DNA from: Toensbergia leucococca
Lineage: Eukaryota
Length of the DNA stretch: 49,937 bases
Direction of reading: 5' to 3'
Assembly (NCBI GenBank): GCA_022813965.1
Contig: JALDZS010000029.1
Span: 124,001-173,937 of the forward strand
This document shows, one piece after another, positions 47,467-49,937 of the stretch. Numbering within the stretch: position 1 is the stretch's first letter; each line of letters begins with the position of its first letter. Both the position numbers and the translations under genes were made by a program. Under the pieces are notes generated by a model. The model saw only the letters and a list, made by a program, of their open reading frames with translations, did no database searches and had not been told where the DNA came from.

Positions 47467-49937
47467 ATGGGAAAAGATAGAAACGAAGAGAAGCATCGGC
47501 CGAAGAAGCTACGGAGGAAAGAAGACAATGATTTTGAGGATCGTTGGGGTGATGAGGAATTCGTTGAAGAGGAAGCCGAGTTCGTGCAGTCTCCAAGCAA
47601 ACGCAGACGTCGTAATGATGGGTCAGCGTCATCAAAGGAGCCTGAGTCCGAGCTTGATGAGGAGACGAGAGCAGAGAGGGCTATGGAGAAAGATCGGGCG
47701 GAGAGAAACGCATTTGCTAAAAGATTAATCGAAAAGGACTCGGAGAAGACCAAGAAGTTGGTTGAGGATCGGTCGTCTACAAAGGAGAACAAAGTCACAG
47801 CACAACGAAGAGCGTTGGCAGAGGATGCGGCGGCAAGGCAGGCAGCGATGCCCGATCTTAGGGAGAGGTCGAGGCAAGAGTATTTGAAGAAGAGGGAGAC
47901 GGAAAGGCTGGCTCTGCTGAGGAAACAAGTCGCCGAGGAAGCCGATGAGCTGCGGAATAATGCCAAGTTGACGAGTAGGGAAAAGGAAGAGTTTGCGAAG
48001 AATAAGGAGGTGCTGAGAATTGCCGAGGAGAGGTTGCGTATCGATGATCATAGAGATGGATATATGCTTCCTGAAGATTACATTACAGAGAAGGGCAAGA
48101 TCGATAGGAAGAAGAAGGAGGAGGCCTTGTACAAGCGCTACGTCGAGCGGGATGAGCACGGGCAGGAGAGATTCGTCACAGAGCAGGAGGAGTGGGAGAG
48201 GGAGCAGACGGCCAAGGCCAAAGCCCAGGTTTCCCAGAGCGAGAGGGTCGATGAGGGCAAGTTCGAGTACGTCTTTGACGACGATCAGAAGATCAAATTC
48301 ATCATGGGCTCGAGGTTGGAAAGTGATGGCAAGGCCTTGACCACGGAGCAGCGCTTTCTACAAGAGCAAATCAAGGCCGCCGAGAAGAAGTCAGCCTCTC
48401 TTGATGACACGAGAAAGAGCCTACCTATTTTCACTTTCAGGGAGCAGTTGCTCGCTGCAGTGGCTGAATATCAGGTTCTCATCATTGTTGGCGAGACAGG
48501 CAGCGGCAAGACTACTCAGATACCCCAATACCTCCACGAGGCCGGCTATACAAAGGGGGGGCTCAAAGTAGGCTGCACTCAACCTCGACGGGTCGCTGCA
48601 ATGAGCGTGGCAGCTCGTGTTGCCGAGGAGATGGGGGTCAAGGTGGGCAACGAAGTCGGGTACGCCATTCGATTCGAGGATGCTACGTCGGACAAGACTA
48701 TTTTAAAATACATGACAGACGGCATGCTGCTACGGGAATTCCTCACTGAGCCGGATTTGGGCGGTTACTCTGCGTTGATGATTGATGAGGCTCACGAGAG
48801 AACGTTACACACAGATATCCTTTTCAGCCTGGTGAAGGACATTGCTAGATTCAGACCGGAGCTGAAGCTTCTCATTTCATCAGCTACTATGGATGCTCAG
48901 AAATTTGCCAAATACTTTGATGACGCTCCTATATTCAATATTCCAGGTCGGCGATACCCGGTTGACATCTATTACACGCCCCAACCAGAAGCCAATTACC
49001 TCGCCGCAGCTGTGACCACTATATTCCAGATTCACATATCACAGCAACCAGGCGACATCCTAGTTTTCCTCACTGGCCAAGAAGAGATTGAAGCTGCGGA
49101 GCAGAATCTTCAAGAAACAGCCAGGAAATTGGGATCCAAGATACCTGAATTGGTGATATGCCCCATTTACGCAAACCTGCCATCAGAGCTGCAAAGCAAA
49201 ATCTTCGAGCCCACTCCACCGAATGCAAGAAAAGTCGTCTTAGCCACCAACATCGCAGAAACGAGTCTGACAATCGACGGCATCGTCTTCGTCATCGACC
49301 CAGGCTTCGTGAAAGAGAACGTGTACAACGCAGCCACAGGAATGGAATCCTTGGTTGTAACTCCCATCTCCCGCGCCTCTGCCAACCAACGTAGCGGGCG
49401 AGCCGGTCGTGTCGGCCCAGGAAAATGCTTCCGCCTCTACACGCGCTGGGCTTTCTTCAACGAACTCGACGAAAACACTACGCCCGAAATCCAACGCACG
49501 AACCTTAACAGCGTCGTTCTCCTCCTCAAATCCCTCGGCATTAACGACCTTATCGAATTCGACTTCATGGACCCACCCCCAGCCGAAACCCTCATTCGCG
49601 CTCTCGAACAGCTATACGCCCTCGGCGCCCTTAACGACCGCGGCGAACTCACCAAAATCGGCCGCCAAATGGCCGAATTCCCAACCGACCCCATGCTCGC
49701 CAAGTCCATCCTATCGGCCGACAAATACGGCTGCGTCGAAGAGATCCTCTCCATCATAGCTATGCTCGGCGAAGCCTCGGCGCTCTTCTACCGGCCCAAA
49801 GACAAGAAAATCCACGCCGACTCGGCCCGCGCCCGCTTCACCGTCAAGGAAGGCGGCGACCACCTCTCCCTCCTCGCCATCTGGAATCAATGGGTCGACT
49901 CGGACTTCAGCTATGTCTGGGCGCGCGAGAACTTCCT
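47467..49937 (+). CDS. prp2: DEAH-box splicing helicase Prp2/Cdc28 (DHX16), truncated at window end
   Basis: Open frame to the end of the window: [91 protein letters not shown]. The start codon is tentative. Confidence 0.9.
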   Translation, partial: MGKDRNEEKHRPKKLRRKEDNDFEDRWGDEEFVEEEAEFVQSPSKRRRRNDGSASSKEPESELDEETRAERAMEKDRAERNAFAKRLIEKDSEKTKKLVEDRSSTKENKVTAQRRALAEDAAARQAAMPDLRERSRQEYLKKRETERLALLRKQVAEEADELRNNAKLTSREKEEFAKNKEVLRIAEERLRIDDHRDGYMLPEDYITEKGKIDRKKKEEALYKRYVERDEHGQERFVTEQEEWEREQTAKAKAQVSQSERVDEGKFEYVFDDDQKIKFIMGSRLESDGKALTTEQRFLQEQIKAAEKKSASLDDTRKSLPIFTFREQLLAAVAEYQVLIIVGETGSGKTTQIPQYLHEAGYTKGGLKVGCTQPRRVAAMSVAARVAEEMGVKVGNEVGYAIRFEDATSDKTILKYMTDGMLLREFLTEPDLGGYSALMIDEAHERTLHTDILFSLVKDIARFRPELKLLISSATMDAQKFAKYFDDAPIFNIPGRRYPVDIYYTPQPEANYLAAAVTTIFQIHISQQPGDILVFLTGQEEIEAAEQNLQETARKLGSKIPELVICPIYANLPSELQSKIFEPTPPNARKVVLATNIAETSLTIDGIVFVIDPGFVKENVYNAATGMESLVVTPISRASANQRSGRAGRVGPGKCFRLYTRWAFFNELDENTTPEIQRTNLNSVVLLLKSLGINDLIEFDFMDPPPAETLIRALEQLYALGALNDRGELTKIGRQMAEFPTDPMLAKSILSADKYGCVEEILSIIAMLGEASALFYRPKDKKIHADSARARFTVKEGGDHLSLLAIWNQWVDSDFSYVWARENF

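Noticed and set aside
43577..47966. Long antisense ORFs (43577-44143, 44550-44930, 47448-47966 and similar ones across the window)
   Set aside because: They are shadows of well-supported genes on the opposite strand, with no motifs of their own.
1..49937. CRISPR arrays, tRNA or rRNA genes
   Set aside because: No repeat-spacer periodicity, cloverleaf or rRNA-like sequence was seen; the window is eukaryotic and almost fully explained by spliced genes.

Overview
Gene-dense nuclear DNA from a filamentous ascomycete (Pezizomycotina), with short GT-AG introns and CTRAY branch points. The species cannot be determined from sequence alone. The window is mostly housekeeping genes: an LDAH-like hydrolase, GST, tmn3, a Ser/Thr-rich secreted protein, ubc11, chk1, rpl31, csn3, pro2, a dienelactone hydrolase, rfa1, a UstYa/DUF3328 oxidase, a PIG3-like quinone oxidoreductase, dbp3, rft1, and prp2/cdc28 (truncated at the window end). 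Two accessory elements interrupt them. One is a complete but dead 1,622-bp Tc1-like (DD34E) transposon with 37-bp TIRs and a TA duplication, next to the rpl31 promoter. The other is a compact four-gene polyketide cluster with no transcription factor (HR-PKS, HxxxDG acyltransferase, PTH11/SAT4-like membrane protein, SDR) between csn3 and pro2. The most striking unexplained signal is in the 232-nt first intron of pro2. A ~32-bp stem starts 5 nt after the branch point and ends 6 nt before the end of the intron. It would bring a distant branch point next to the productive 3' splice site and bury a proximal CAG whose use gives a premature stop, so it is a candidate structured-RNA splicing switch on proline biosynthesis. 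All gene models were spliced by eye and are unverified.
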